DNA of 63,722 bases, filler included, from 6 parts of 6 records of this genome joined end to end with filler, not necessarily neighbours in it; one strand, 5' to 3'. Positions 38,796 to 50,620 are shown, counted from the whole stretch's first letter. The notes: a model not told the origin generated them from the letters alone. Made by a program: numbers and translations.

Positions 38796-39965
38796 TCAAA
38801 AGCCTCTTTGAAGTACACTGATACAGTGTCTCAGTTCGTCTTCATCACCGGTATGTTTGGCAACATTGTCCGATAATTTAACAACATTGTGCCATTGTTT
38901 GTCCGGTGCGGTTCTACATTTTGAAAGTTTGATCACGATATTGAGAGGGATCACCCCCACATCATTGGTCAGGTTTGTCCCGATTCCATATGAGTCTCGA
39001 ATGCGTCCTTTACAGGTGTTGTGAATCATTACCGCTTTGTCGATATCCAACCCATCGGAGAAAACAATGGTTTTCGTTACGGGGTCGATATGAAGTTTTT
39101 TATAGTGAAGAATTATCTTTTCGATGAATTCCAATGGGTCTCCGGAATCATGCCGGACGCCGTCAAACAGTTTCGCCGGCATGGTGTCGAAGGTCTCAAG
39201 GAATACATCAGTGGTATACGTATCGGTTAAGGCAATGCCCAGATATCCGTGGAAAACCTGTGCCCAGGCATTGATGGCCGTTGGATTGGCGACTCGATAG
39301 CCATTGAGTACCGCATGAAACATAAACCATTCATGGGCCAAAGTGCCGATGGGTTTGATGTTGAAGTGGCGCGCCAGGTTGACGTTGCTTGTTCCGATTA
39401 ACGTACTGTTTTTAACACTTTTGATATCCTGAAGAAGCGATTGGTGAGAGGCTGAAGAAAAGCGTCTTCGGGTTCCGAAATCGGCAAAAGAAATTTTATG
39501 TTTGCTCAATACCCTCGCTTTGTTCAGGTTTATTTCTCTCAGCTTTTTGTGGGGAAGGGTTTCGGCATTGGTCATGACAAAGTAAAGTTCACTGATGATC
39601 GCCATCAAAGGGACTTCCCAAAGGATGGTTCGATACCAGGGTCCTTTGATCACGACTTCAAGTTCTCCGCCGGTTTGTTTAATGGATACTTCTTCGGGGT
39701 TGAATTGGTAATGCTCAAGAAAATCAAGGTATACCGGTGTCATAAAGTAACACGTTTCCAATAGAAACTGTTTTTCTTCAGATGAGAGACGGAACGTTGC
39801 CATTCGTTCCACTTCAACTTGAAGTCTTTCATCAAAGCCCTTTGGGAACGGTGTTGAAGAGCGGTTAATGAAAATATATTCCGTATCCACGCGGGGGTAG
39901 AGCATGTGGACAGCCTGCTGCATGGTAAATTTGTACAGGTCGTTATCAAGAATACCTTGAATCAT
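38796..39965 (-). CDS. pncB: Nicotinate phosphoribosyltransferase
   Basis: LDNDLYKFTM, DFGTRRRFS, GTSNV, GTLAHEW, LTDTY, RHDSGDP, FSDGL, GIGTNL. Confidence 0.96.
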   Translation of the reverse strand: MIQGILDNDLYKFTMQQAVHMLYPRVDTEYIFINRSSTPFPKGFDERLQVEVERMATFRLSSEEKQFLLETCYFMTPVYLDFLEHYQFNPEEVSIKQTGGELEVVIKGPWYRTILWEVPLMAIISELYFVMTNAETLPHKKLREINLNKARVLSKHKISFADFGTRRRFSSASHQSLLQDIKSVKNSTLIGTSNVNLARHFNIKPIGTLAHEWFMFHAVLNGYRVANPTAINAWAQVFHGYLGIALTDTYTTDVFLETFDTMPAKLFDGVRHDSGDPLEFIEKIILHYKKLHIDPVTKTIVFSDGLDIDKAVMIHNTCKGRIRDSYGIGTNLTNDVGVIPLNIVIKLSKCRTAPDKQWHNVVKLSDNVAKHTGDEDELRHCISVLQRGF

Positions 39966-40407
39966 GAAGTTATCCTTCGTTGTTACAATTATTTTATTTT
40001 TGTGTAAATCATATAACAAATGCCTTGATTTTTCAATTATTAAGGCGGATTTCTTCAATGATTGAGATTCATTTTGGGTGGAGTCGTTATCCATTTCCAA
40101 GATCGATCTTCATGAAATGATTTGAGGTTTCAATAGTGAAGCACAGTGGGAAAAAATTGTTTTTATCAATTGTATAGAAGGAAGTAGTGTGCTGAAAAAA
40201 GAGTATTATGGGAATGACGAAAGAATACTATTTGATCTAATCCTCAAAATACAAAGACATAACTGATGGTTATTGCTTAAATTATGTAAAATATTTATGA
40301 TATTGACCCGATGAATGATATGATGTAAAGTGTCGCATTTCATCGGAAAATCGTAGACTGCCCTGTTTCCATATGAATACGGGCCCCCCATCAAATAAGG
40401 AACAAAA

Positions 40408-40926
40408 ATGAAAAGCAATCTGACACTTATTGGAATGCCCGGTGCCGGAAAGAGTACTGTCGGTATTATTTTGGCCAAAGATCTCTCGTTTGGATTTATC
40501 GATACGGACATTTTGATTCAGATTAATCAGCAAAAATCACTTCAAGAGATCATTAATGAGAGTGATCACCTCAATCTTCGGAAGATCGAGGAGGGGGAGA
40601 TATTAAAACTCAATATCGACAAGCATATTATTGCAACTGGGGGAAGTGTGCCTTACAGCGAGGCTTCCATGGTCCACCTGGCAAAGATCTCAACCATTAT
40701 TTTTCTTCAGGCAAGTTATGAAGAGATTGAACGGCGGATTCATAATTTTGAGACACGGGGCATTGCAAAGTCAAACCATCAAACATTTAGAGAATTGTTT
40801 GCCGAACGGCAGGTACTCTACGAAAAATATGCTGAAATCACGGTGATGTGTGATGCGCTGAATCAGGATGAAGTGGCTATGGAAGTGGCAAGATTAACCG
40901 GTCACGCCCTGCCCTATTCCGTTTAG
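40408..40926 (+). CDS. aroK: Shikimate kinase (AroK-like)
   Basis: LIGMPGAGKSTVG, FIDTD, IATGGS, ERQVLYEKYA. Confidence 0.85.
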   Translation: MKSNLTLIGMPGAGKSTVGIILAKDLSFGFIDTDILIQINQQKSLQEIINESDHLNLRKIEEGEILKLNIDKHIIATGGSVPYSEASMVHLAKISTIIFLQASYEEIERRIHNFETRGIAKSNHQTFRELFAERQVLYEKYAEITVMCDALNQDEVAMEVARLTGHALPYSV

Positions 40927-41074
40927 GAATCGGGTTAAATAAGTAGGTGAACAAAAAATTTCTTCCGGTTAAAATCCTGGAACAATAGGTATCAATGGAT
41001 TGTTCCATTGATGAAAAGGGGAAGAATTTATCTCTCGGCACTTAAGCGTCCCATTTTGTGATTAGGAGACTTAA

Positions 41075-41097
41075 GGGACGGATTTTTAATCTGTCCC
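41075..41097. repeat. REP-like palindrome at the contig end
   Basis: GGGACGGATT-TTT-AATCTGTCCC hairpin. Confidence 0.4.
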
Positions 41098-41110
41098 CGC
41101 CTCCGAAATG

Positions 41111-41210
41111 NNNNNNNNNNNNNNNNNNNNNNNNNNNNNNNNNNNNNNNNNNNNTTAATTAATTAANNNNNNNNNNNNNNNNNNNNNNNNNNNNNNNNNN
41201 NNNNNNNNNN
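41111..41210. other. Artificial contig linker
   Basis: N44-TTAATTAATTAA-N44. Confidence 0.99.
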
Positions 41211-43207
41211 ATGGCAATTTGTTTCCACTTAATATTTGCACCGGGAAATGCCCCTTGATATTTCTCCGAATATTCGTCGAGCAGTTCAACAGTAGCTTCG
41301 TTCGAGATTGTATTTACAAGAATTTGCCCGTAATTTTTTGCCGGAACATGCGGTGCATAAAGCGTATGGAAACGCGGAGAACCATTTCCGATAAAACTGG
41401 CCACATTTGCAATCCTGTTATCATTCATCAAATCATTCTCTACTACCGAAATTATTTCTTCGGTTTTATCAAGCGACGAACCCTCGGGCAGGTAAACTTC
41501 TACCGCAAACTGGTTCCTATCCATTGATGGGAACATTTGCACTTCGAGCGACCTAAAAATAAAAACTGCTAAAACCACCGACAATACAGCACTACCTACC
41601 GTAATCAACGGATTTCGAAACGTCCATTCCAGGCACTTGTCGTAAATGGCTTGCACCCTGTCGAGGAAACTTTTTTTGTTTTTCTTATTGCTTTCATCCT
41701 TCTTTTTATGCAATCCTTTCTTGATAAAAACATAGCACATAAAAGGCACCAAAAACATAGCCACAATCATTGAAATACCAAGTGCAATGGCAATGGTCAA
41801 GGGAAATGCACCAACAAAATCACCTGCCATTCCCGATAAAAACAACATCATTGGATAAAAAGCAGCGATAATGGCTGCGGTTGCCGAAAGTACAGGAACA
41901 GCCAATTCGGTTGCAGCTTTCCAACCTGCATTCCAGGGTGTTTCTCCGTGGTCGAGTTTTTCAACATGATTATCGATTACCACAATGGCGTTATCGACAA
42001 CCATTCCCAGCACCACAATTAAGCCGGCCAGCGAAACTGTATCGAGCTGAAGCCCTATCATTTGCATAATTCCCAACGTAATTAAAATTGAAATAGGAAT
42101 GGTAACCCCTGCCACCGATGCCACCCGAAGCGGTAACAATATCATGGTAACCAATATTACTGCAACAATCGCAATCAAAAACTCCCGCATAAAATGCGAA
42201 ATAGAATGGTCAACCACTTCGGGCTGGTTCGAAATCACATTTATCTCAACATCTTCCGGTATTTTTTCTTTATACTTTTCGATAACCGCCAAAACATCCT
42301 CGCCATATTGAACGATGTTGTTTCCTTTCTGCATTTCCAAAGTAAGCAGCAGGGCATTGTTACCGTTATTTCGAATGAAATTATCCGGTTCGTCGTATTT
42401 CCGTTCAACGCGGGCAATATCCTTTATTCGTAAAATATTTCCATCGGGGTCGGAATAAATTATCTGTTCTTCCAAATCTTTTTCGGAAGAATACCTTGGC
42501 GGAAGATGAACTGGCAAAACCAAAGTTCCGTTATCAAGCTCACCGGCATAATTTAATAGCTCCTGTGCCTTAAACGATGCCATTATTGTACCTGCCTGAA
42601 CATTGTATGCGTTCAGTTTTTCCTCATCAACATACACAAACACTTTTTCGTTTTGTGTGCCGTAGCGTTTAATTTTCGACACCGATTCAACCTTACGAAT
42701 ATCGGCTTCGAGCAATTTTAAACACTCTTCCAGCTCGCGGTAGTTACGCTGCTCCGACGACATGGTAATCATCAGCGCAGCGGTGTCGCCAAAATCGTTG
42801 GTACCAATTAATGCCAAAACTCCACTCGGTAGCTGCATTTTTAGCTCCTCTAAGCCATGCCTTAATTTCGACCAAAACTTGTCGGCATCTTTAACATTAT
42901 CGTTCAGCTCCACAAAAATTAACATTTGTCCCTCTTCCGATTTCGAATAGGTTTTTGCTTTTTTCACCTCTTCGTAACCAAAAATGTAATTTTCTACTTC
43001 TGTGGTTAGCTGTTCTTCTACTTCCTGCGAAGTTGCTCCCGGGTAAATACCAATTACCAATCCCTGGCGGATAGTAAAATCGGGAAATTCGTTTCGGGGC
43101 ATATTTATTAAAGCGCTAACACCCAAAATCATCATTGCAACCACAATTACAATTACAATTTGGCTGTATTTCATTGCCCCTTCTATAAGGTTTATTTTTC
43201 GTTTCAT
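41211..43207 (-). CDS. RND efflux permease (AcrB/AcrD/AcrF family), 3'-truncated
   Basis: YPGATSQEVE, NDFGD, LGMVVDNAIVV, TM clusters. Confidence 0.94.
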
Positions 43208-43332
43208 GTTTTTTTTGAATAAGAATCAAGATTCAAGTAGCAAGACAAGAAAACTCTGGTCTACATTTTCAATCCTGATTATTCCTTTTGTTTTCTGTTT
43301 TTATTGTTATTTCTGAACTGAAAATTATCTAC

Positions 43333-43492
43333 ACCACCCCACTGTCGCTTTGCTCCAGCACCCCTCCTCTTCTTCGAAAAAGAGGGGAAATTTCCTGCTC
43401 CCATTCAAATACTCAGTTCCAATTACCTGCCGGCCAAATTTCTCCTCCTGGTCAGGAGGAGTACATCCCGATTCATCGGGATGGGAGGTGGT
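43333..43492. repeat. Pair of inverted REP-like palindromic units between the MFP and RND genes
   Basis: ACCACCCC...CCCCTCCTCTT..AAGAGGGG (43333-43388) and CTCCTCCTG-GT-CAGGAGGAG..ATCCCGAT-TC-ATCGGGAT..GGTGGT (43442-43492). Confidence 0.65.
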
Positions 43493-43517
43493 TGATTTTG
43501 CAATTCAGCATTATTCA

Positions 43518-44549
43518 CTAAACTTCTACCTGTGAATTATCTTCTAATTTGTGCTGGCCGTTTACCACAACTTCATCGCCGGCAGAAAGACCTAAAACAA
43601 TCTCAATATCATTATTGATAAAGTTTCCGGTTTTTACTTCTTTCTTTTCGACAATCTTTTGCTGCTTGTTAACCACATAAACTATGTTTTTATCATCCTC
43701 TTTTAATACTGCCTGAAAAGGAATAGCAACAACTTCTTCCTGAGCTCCAATATTCAATTTTACATCGCACACCATGCCTGGTTTTACAGTTAAACCAGTG
43801 TTTTTCATGCGCAATTTCACTTCGTATGTTTTCGAAATCATATTTGCCGACACACCAATTTTTTCAACCACAGCCTCGAATGCTTCTTCGCCAATGGCAC
43901 CAACTATAACATCGGCTTTTTGCCCCGTTCTTATTTTGCTAATTTCGTTTTCAGGTACGGCAATTTTCACAAAAACATCGCCTATTTCCATCAAATAAAA
44001 CACGGGCAGTCCCGGAGTTGCATTTTGTCCAACTTCAATTTCGCGCCCACCAATTACTCCGGCCGATGGGGCACGCAGTTCGCAATTTTCCAGGTTACGT
44101 TTAGCAATTTCTTCAGCGGTAGTTGCCTGCTGAAGTTGTGTTTTTATATCCTCCCACTGAATTTCGGGCAGGCTACCTTTGTCGTAAACCGTTTTTAAAC
44201 GATTGTAAGCATCTTCGGCCTGGTTAAGCATGGCCGCTGACGCGTTGTACGAACTTTCGTACGTGGTTTTATCGATGCCTGCCAAAAGTTGACCTTTTTT
44301 TACATGGTCGCCCTCATCAACAATAATTGTAATAATGGTTCCCACGGTTTTAAAACTTAGCGGAATAGTTACTGCCGGCATAATTGCCCCGGTGTAATCC
44401 AACGCATCGGCAGGTTCGGTTTCTTTGGCAATTTGGGTTTCCACCTTTATTGCCTTTTTCCTCACCGAAGTCTTACTATCCGGCGCTTCTTTGTGGCTGC
44501 ACGACATTAATAATAATGCCGTAATCAACGTTAAAAACATGTTTCTCAT
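43518..44549 (-). CDS. RND periplasmic adaptor (MFP) lipoprotein
   Basis: Lipobox LMSC, VDEGDHVKKGQLLA, LRAPSAGVI, KPGM, GLSAGDEVVVNG. Confidence 0.94.
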   Translation of the reverse strand: MRNMFLTLITALLLMSCSHKEAPDSKTSVRKKAIKVETQIAKETEPADALDYTGAIMPAVTIPLSFKTVGTIITIIVDEGDHVKKGQLLAGIDKTTYESSYNASAAMLNQAEDAYNRLKTVYDKGSLPEIQWEDIKTQLQQATTAEEIAKRNLENCELRAPSAGVIGGREIEVGQNATPGLPVFYLMEIGDVFVKIAVPENEISKIRTGQKADVIVGAIGEEAFEAVVEKIGVSANMISKTYEVKLRMKNTGLTVKPGMVCDVKLNIGAQEEVVAIPFQAVLKEDDKNIVYVVNKQQKIVEKKEVKTGNFINNDIEIVLGLSAGDEVVVNGQHKLEDNSQVEV

Positions 44550-44591
44550 TTCTATTTTTTGTTTTATAAATTGTTTAATTATTCAATCAAA

Positions 44592-44614
44592 AGACCAATT
44601 TTGTGTTTTGGTCG
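44592..44614. promoter_or_regulatory. TetR-type operator A (CGACC-N13-GGTCG family)
   Basis: AGACCAATTTTGTGTTTTGGTCG upstream of the MFP gene. Confidence 0.7.
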
Positions 44615-44651
44615 ATTTTTGCTCAAAAAATATATTCACCAACCAATGCAT

Positions 44652-45431
44652 TTAAAACGGTTGCAATTCGTCCATTTTCTCTTTAATCGATTTAAGTTTT
44701 CGATTCAATTCGTGCTGAACACTCGAAATGGTAGACTGGGTGTAATTACCTGTTTTCTGAATTTTATTTTCCAGACGTTTGGTAATTAAATCGAGGTTCG
44801 AAAGCAAGGTGATTGCAATCTCCTGCCCTTCGGAAACAAACTCTTTGGTTGCTTGTATTGGCGTTGTTTTCGAATATTTTGTGGGGTGTTTTAATCCATC
44901 GAGTAACACATATTTTATCCGTTTCCCCTTCGATTGAAAATACAAATTGATGTAGGTTTCAACGCCAAAACGAATCTCGCGGATATCATTTATTATCGGC
45001 ATTAAATCTGCTTTTAGCATGGCCCGCTGACCGGATAAAGATTTAAACGGATTAATCCGATAATCAATCAAAGTTTCCGACGGTACGCCCAGCACCATAT
45101 CCGCATCTTCTTCGTAAATAGGTTTAAGCAGTTGTTGAAAATGTTCTTTCTTTATTTGAGAAAGGTCGGCATCGAAAAAAAGGATTACTTCACCGCTTGC
45201 ATATTCTGCTCCGCAAGCCATGGCATAACTTTTTCCCCGGTTTTCTTTTAAGCGCAAATACTCGAACGAATAATGCATACCGAGCAGTTCCATCAGCGAT
45301 TCTGTTTTATCCTCCGAGCCATCGTCTACTACAATTATTTCCGCCTCCGGATTGTGTTTACAACATGCGGCAACCACCCGGTAAATGGTTGGCTCTTCAT
45401 TGTAGGTACAAATAACAATACTTGTCTTCAT
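44652..45431 (-). CDS. Glycosyltransferase family 2
   Basis: SIVICTYNEE, VVDDGSED, NRGKSYA, FFDAD, LSGQRA, FGVET. Confidence 0.9.
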   Translation of the reverse strand: MKTSIVICTYNEEPTIYRVVAACCKHNPEAEIIVVDDGSEDKTESLMELLGMHYSFEYLRLKENRGKSYAMACGAEYASGEVILFFDADLSQIKKEHFQQLLKPIYEEDADMVLGVPSETLIDYRINPFKSLSGQRAMLKADLMPIINDIREIRFGVETYINLYFQSKGKRIKYVLLDGLKHPTKYSKTTPIQATKEFVSEGQEIAITLLSNLDLITKRLENKIQKTGNYTQSTISSVQHELNRKLKSIKEKMDELQPF

Positions 45432-45474
45432 AGTTCTGTTTATTGTTGTTTTCAATTGTTCTCCCAACCCTGTA

Positions 45475-45497
45475 CTACTATATTTGTTTTTTGGTCG
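45475..45497. promoter_or_regulatory. TetR-type operator B
   Basis: CTACTATATTTGTTTTTTGGTCG upstream of the glycosyltransferase. Confidence 0.6.
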
Positions 45498-45518
45498 GTT
45501 TTTAGTGCAAAAAATTAA

Positions 45519-46127
45519 TCAGGAATAAATCTGATTAATTAGAATACGTGCTGTTCTTTCCATTTTTTCATGATTTTCGGAAGCATCCGGTTCAATGCTG
45601 TAAGTAGCTACACCAAAAAGTGCGGCAATCAAAGTCTCAGCCCAAAAAGGCAAATCATCCTTTGGTATTTTTGTAAACTCCCCAGAGTCAAAAGCATCTT
45701 CAAAAATTCGTGTCAGATAATCTTTTTCAAACTTTAAAAACTTCGCGTAAGCATTTTTGCGAAGAGTTGAGTCGAGATGCAGGAACTTTGAGGAATCGTT
45801 ATTCATATCTAACATAACCGTCCGATACAAATTCATAGTCTTAATAACCTCTGAATGAAAGGTTAAAAAATAGTTCAATATTTTCCCTTTAATATCTTTG
45901 GCTTCTTCTACCTGAATTTTCACACTTTGTCGTAAGCGAATAACTTCCATATCTAACACTTCGCCAAAAACCTCTTCCTTACTTTTAAAATAATGATAAA
46001 GTGTACTTTTAGCCTTTCCACAAGCATGGGCTATTTCGTCCATGGTAGTTTTTTTCATTCCAAACTGCTGAAATAAAACTTGTGCTTTTTCTACTATTTC
46101 TTGTTTTACTATTTCGTCCTTTGTCAT
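45519..46127 (-). CDS. TetR/AcrR-family regulator
   Basis: LFQQFGMKKTTMDEIAHACGKAKSTLYHYFKSKEE. Confidence 0.95.
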   Translation of the reverse strand: MTKDEIVKQEIVEKAQVLFQQFGMKKTTMDEIAHACGKAKSTLYHYFKSKEEVFGEVLDMEVIRLRQSVKIQVEEAKDIKGKILNYFLTFHSEVIKTMNLYRTVMLDMNNDSSKFLHLDSTLRKNAYAKFLKFEKDYLTRIFEDAFDSGEFTKIPKDDLPFWAETLIAALFGVATYSIEPDASENHEKMERTARILINQIYS

Positions 46128-46139
46128 AATTCTATTTTT

Positions 46140-46223
46140 CGACCAAATCCGTTTTTCGGTAGCAAATAAAAACAAAATATTTCATTCGAACAAACACCTC
46201 CGACTGTTTTTACATTCTGGTCG
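46140..46223. promoter_or_regulatory. TetR-type operators C (46140-46162) and D (46201-46223)
   Basis: CGACCAAATCCGTTTTTCGGTAG and CGACTGTTTTTACATTCTGGTCG in the tetR/pyk divergent region. Confidence 0.7.
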
Positions 46224-46310
46224 GTTTTTTGGCAACAATTTTTATTTCTCTTAACCTTGGGGAGATTAAAAAATATAGTACTTTCAAACTCTACAGCTTA
46301 AATTAAAGCC

Positions 46311-47750
46311 ATGAGATTCAATACCGAAATACTTCAGAAAATAAATGCGCAGCTTACTGAGATTATTAAAAAAGCTACGGAACTGGAAACTATTTATACC
46401 GACAGGATTAATGGTGTTCATCCGGTTTACCGCCGCAGTGCACAAAATCTGGTGCATTATTTAGCATTCCGTGCTTTCGATATCGACGAGCTACAACAAC
46501 AATTGCGCGACCAAAGTCTGCCAAGTCTTTCGAGCATTGAAGCGCATGTTATGGACAGCCTTCTTTCAATAAAAACCATTATAAATCATTTATTGAATAA
46601 GCATGCAACAGAAGATATTCCGGGAGTTGTAAGAGTTAAAGAAAGCCGTAAACTTTTACGCCGAAACACAAAACTGCTGTTTGGCTACAAATCGAGGAAA
46701 AGGTTTACACGAATTATGGTTACGCTACCAAGTACTGCTGCCGACGATTATTCCTTTGTGCAAAACCTTTTGGAAATGGGAATGAATAGTGCCCGTGTTA
46801 ACTGCGCTCACGACGGCCCGGAAGAATGGGCCAAAATGATTGCCAACGTTAAGCAGGCCAAAAAATCGCTGAAAAAGAACTGCAAGGTGATGATGGATTT
46901 AGGTGGCCCCAAATTACGAACCGGTGAGATAAAACCCGGACCGCAGGTAATTCGCATAAAACCCAGCAGAAATGTACTTGGCCAAACAATTTCGCCGGCG
47001 AGGGTGTGGTTGGCTCCTCCGGGTGTTGATGCTCCGGCAGAAAAACCCAAAGCCATTATTCCGGTTGATGCCGACTGGCTAAAAACAGTTAAACGAAACT
47101 CGGAAATTTATTTTACCGACAGCCGCGATAAAAAATGTAAAATTACCATGGAAGGCCGCGAAGGAGAAGGGCGCTGGGGCGTTTGTTACGACTCGTGCTA
47201 CCTAACCACCGGCACCGACCTGACCTTAAAACGCACGAAAAAGAAAACCGGCGAAGAGATTGTGAAAATTGGCGAATTGCTTCCGCTGGAACAATTTATT
47301 TCGTTGCATGTTGACGACACTCTGATTCTAACAAAAGACCCAATTGCCGGTGAAAACGCAGTGATAAACGAAGACGAAACGGTTAAGGAACCGGCTCACA
47401 TTTCGTGTACTCTGCCTGAAATTTTTAAAGATGTAAAAGTTGGCGAACCAATTTATTTCGACGATGGTAAAATTGAAGGAATTATTGAGGAAGTTGAAGC
47501 TGAATTCCTGAAAATAAAAATTACTTACGCCCGCGATACCGGAGGCAAATTAAAATCGGACAAAGGAATTAACCTGCCCGATTCGGATTTAAAAATTAGC
47601 GGTTTAACTGCAAAAGACAAGGAAGACCTAAAATTTGTAGCACAATATGCCGATGCTGTAAACTTCTCGTTTGTAAACTCTGAAGAAGACGTGAAACAGC
47701 TTCTCGACGAGTTGGAAGAATTGGATGCCGAAACCGGAATTATTTTTAAA
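46311..47750 (+). CDS. pyk: Pyruvate kinase (long form), 3'-truncated
   Basis: TRIMVTLP, ARVNCAHD, MDLGGPKLRTG, DDGKI, KGINLP, DAVNFSFV. Confidence 0.9.
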
Positions 47751-47850
47751 NNNNNNNNNNNNNNNNNNNNNNNNNNNNNNNNNNNNNNNNNNNNTTAATT
47801 AATTAANNNNNNNNNNNNNNNNNNNNNNNNNNNNNNNNNNNNNNNNNNNN
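47751..47850. other. Artificial contig linker
   Basis: N44-TTAATTAATTAA-N44. Confidence 0.99.
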
Positions 47851-48216
47851 GCCGATGACGTCGGCCATGAAGGAGACCATATTGGCCGTCTCGCGCACGG
47901 TTTCACCGTGGGCGATCTGCGACTTGCCTTCATCAAGATCCTGCATCGTCAGCCCCAGCATGTTGCAGGCGCTGGCATAGCTGAAGCGCGTTCTGGTCGA
48001 CTGGTCCCGAAACAGCGAGATACCGAGTCCGGAGTCGAACATCGTGCACGATACGTTTCGCTGTCGCAGTCCGCGCAACAATTCGGCAACCAGAAAGGTC
48101 GCCTGGATCTCCTGGTCGCTCTTCTCCCACGTCAGGAGGAAATCATTCTGGTACATCCCGCGGTAGTCGAGTCCGGCCAACTGTCCGATGAGTGCTTCAA
48201 TTCTCGCTTTGTCCAT
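47851..48216 (-). CDS. ygeW: Knotted carbamoyltransferase YgeW, 3'-truncated
   Basis: DFLLTWEK, FRDQSTRTRFSYASA, LDEGKSQIAHGETVRETANMVSFMADVIG. Confidence 0.92.
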
Positions 48217-48277
48217 TCCTTATCTCCTTGTGTATCAATTACAAACGACTATGTATCATGCCCTGGCGGCTGCGGAA

Positions 48278-49227
48278 TCACGGAACAATGTGCGTTCCTT
48301 TGCGGCCGAGTAGGGCTTCTTTTATATATTCCGGTGCGGTAATAATGACCTCTTTCCCGCCATTTTTCAAAAATTTCAGTGCCGCCTGGATCTTGGGCAG
48401 CATTGATCCCGGGGCGAAATGATTCTGGTCGATATATGACTCCGCCTCACCGACACTCATCGTATCGATTAACTGCTGGTCCGGTTTACCGAAGTTCAGG
48501 GCAACCCGTTCCACCGCCGTCGAGATGATCAGCAGTTCGGCACCGAGTTGAGCTGCAAGCAGACTCGAGACCAGGTCCTTGTCGATCACCGCATCAACAC
48601 CCTCGAGATTTGTGCCGTCCCTTACCACCGGAATACCGCCTCCCCCGGCGGCAACAACATGGTACCCCGCGTTCAGCATCGATTCGATAATCGGCTGCTC
48701 CACGACCTCAATGGGAACGGGGGACGGCACAACCCGCCGATACCCCTGCCGGCATCTTCGATCAGGCTCCAGTGAGGATATTCCTGCCGGATTTCCTCCA
48801 TCTGTGAGCTGTCGAAAAACTCTCCCACCGGCTTGGCGGGAGCATCGAACGCAGGGTCCCTTACATCGACGACAACCTGCGTTACCAGGGTTATGCAGGG
48901 TTCTGCTATCTGCCGTGCTGCCAGTTCATTATGAAACGACTGCTGGATCTGGTAGCCGATGGACCCCTGGGTATCCGCCACTGCGTTGACCAGCGGGACC
49001 AGGTGAAGCCCGGTCGCCTGACGGGCTACCTCGGAGCGCCGCAGGATAAACCCGACCTGGGGACCGTTCCCGTGTGAAATGACGATCTGGAACCCCTGTT
49101 CGATCAGGTCCGCAACGTGGGCCAGCGTCTCGCGGATCGCGTCATGCTGATCCTCGACCCTTTGCAGGTCCTTACTCTTGATCAATGAGTTGCCGCCTAT
49201 CGCGACAAAAGCGAGCTTCCTGCGCAT
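48278..49227 (-). CDS. arcC: Carbamate kinase (YqeA/ArcC), frameshift at ~48745
   Basis: AIGGNSL, SHGNGPQVG, KPVG, then VPSP, GGGGIPV, AVIDKD, GSMLPKI; one G missing in GRG(Y)RRVV. Confidence 0.9.
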
Positions 49228-49233
49228 GACCGC

Positions 49234-50439
49234 CTACTTTTTCCTGTCAAGATAGATCAGGGGCAGCGCTGCATAGAACGCTGCGCAGCGGACCAGATCG
49301 GCCTTCCAGGTCTTTTCATTCGGGGCGTGCGCCTCCGCTTCCTTGCCCGGACCGAAACCAATGCACGGAATGCCGAACAGTCCCATGATGGAAACCCCGT
49401 TGGTGGAAAAGGTCCATTTATCGACACGGGGCTTTTCTCCAAAGAGTTTTTCATACGTTTCCGCAGATGCGTTGGTCACCTCATGGTCTTCCGGAATGAC
49501 CCAGGACGGGAAATAGCACTCCGTCGGGTAGACGAGCCCGGTGTAGGACGGTCTGTCATACATGTACATGGTCACGTCAGCCCCGGCCTCTATAACGGCC
49601 GGGAGATCCTTGATCTGCTGGATTGCGAGCTCACCTGTTTCTCCGGCCGTCAACCGGCGGTCGATTGAAATCGTACATCCGTCCGCCACTGCGCAGCGGG
49701 AAGGCGAGGTGAAGAAAACTTCGGAGACGGTCAGCGACCCTTTGCCGAGGAATTCATCGTCACCCAGGCGCCCGTGCAGCTGCTCGAGTTCGCCCAGGAT
49801 CCTGCCCATTTTAAAAATCGCGTTGTCTCCGCGCTCAGGTGCGGACCCGTGCGAGCTCACCCCTTTGACTTCAACCTTGATCTCCATCCGGCCGCGCTGC
49901 CCGCGATAGATGCCGCCATCCGTGGGCTCGGTCGACACGACGAACTCCGGCTCGAGTTCAAGTTCCTTCACGATGTACTGCCAGCAGAGGCCATCGCAAT
50001 CCTCTTCCTGAACCGACCCCACGACGACCAGCGTATAATCGCCTTCGAGGCAGAGATCCTTGATGATTTTTCCGGCGTAGACCATGGAGGCCATGCCGCC
50101 CTCCTGGTCGCTCGTGCCGCGACCGCCGATCGCCTCATCGTCCTCGTAACCTTCGTAGGGATCGAAGTCCCAGTTGTCCCGGTTGCCGATGCCCACGGTA
50201 TCGATATGGGCATCCATCGCGATCACGTGTTTCCCGGTACCGATCGTACCCAGCACGTTGCCCATGGGATCAATTTCCACCTTGTCGAATCCGACTTTCT
50301 TCATCTCATCAGCGATCCGCGCGACAACCTTTTCCTCGTTGCAGCTCTCACTCGGAATAGCAACCATATCACGAAGAAAAGCCGTCATCTCGGGCTTATA
50401 TTTCTCTGCAAATTCATTAATTTTTTCAAATTCCAACAT
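49234..50439 (-). CDS. ygeY: YgeY selenium-metabolism-linked M20 hydrolase
   Basis: [50 protein letters not shown]. Confidence 0.93.
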   Translation of the reverse strand: MLEFEKINEFAEKYKPEMTAFLRDMVAIPSESCNEEKVVARIADEMKKVGFDKVEIDPMGNVLGTIGTGKHVIAMDAHIDTVGIGNRDNWDFDPYEGYEDDEAIGGRGTSDQEGGMASMVYAGKIIKDLCLEGDYTLVVVGSVQEEDCDGLCWQYIVKELELEPEFVVSTEPTDGGIYRGQRGRMEIKVEVKGVSSHGSAPERGDNAIFKMGRILGELEQLHGRLGDDEFLGKGSLTVSEVFFTSPSRCAVADGCTISIDRRLTAGETGELAIQQIKDLPAVIEAGADVTMYMYDRPSYTGLVYPTECYFPSWVIPEDHEVTNASAETYEKLFGEKPRVDKWTFSTNGVSIMGLFGIPCIGFGPGKEAEAHAPNEKTWKADLVRCAAFYAALPLIYLDRKK

Positions 50440-50620
50440 TGAACGTCACTCCTGGGTTCTATTTTTTGGTTTCTGTAACGATGGGAATCAACAGCGAAGC
50501 CGTCAAAGGAAAAAATGAGAAGTTCCGTGTGAATGATCGATACGTCCGGCGAACCATATCAAGACGGTTCGCCTGTGCGTTTCACCTCGGGTAGCGATAG
50601 CTTATCTGTCGTCTCTGCCA

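Noticed and set aside
39966-40100. N-terminal extension of PncB
   Set aside because: Conserved sequence starts at MIQGILDNDLYK; the extension is AT-rich promoter-like DNA
50548-50585. Purine or c-di-GMP-I riboswitch in the ygeY leader (contains GATATGG and GCACAGGCGAACC)
   Set aside because: Lacks the TTTCTACC/CCGTAAA elements of purine riboswitches and the GAAA tetraloop/GCAAAG of c-di-GMP-I
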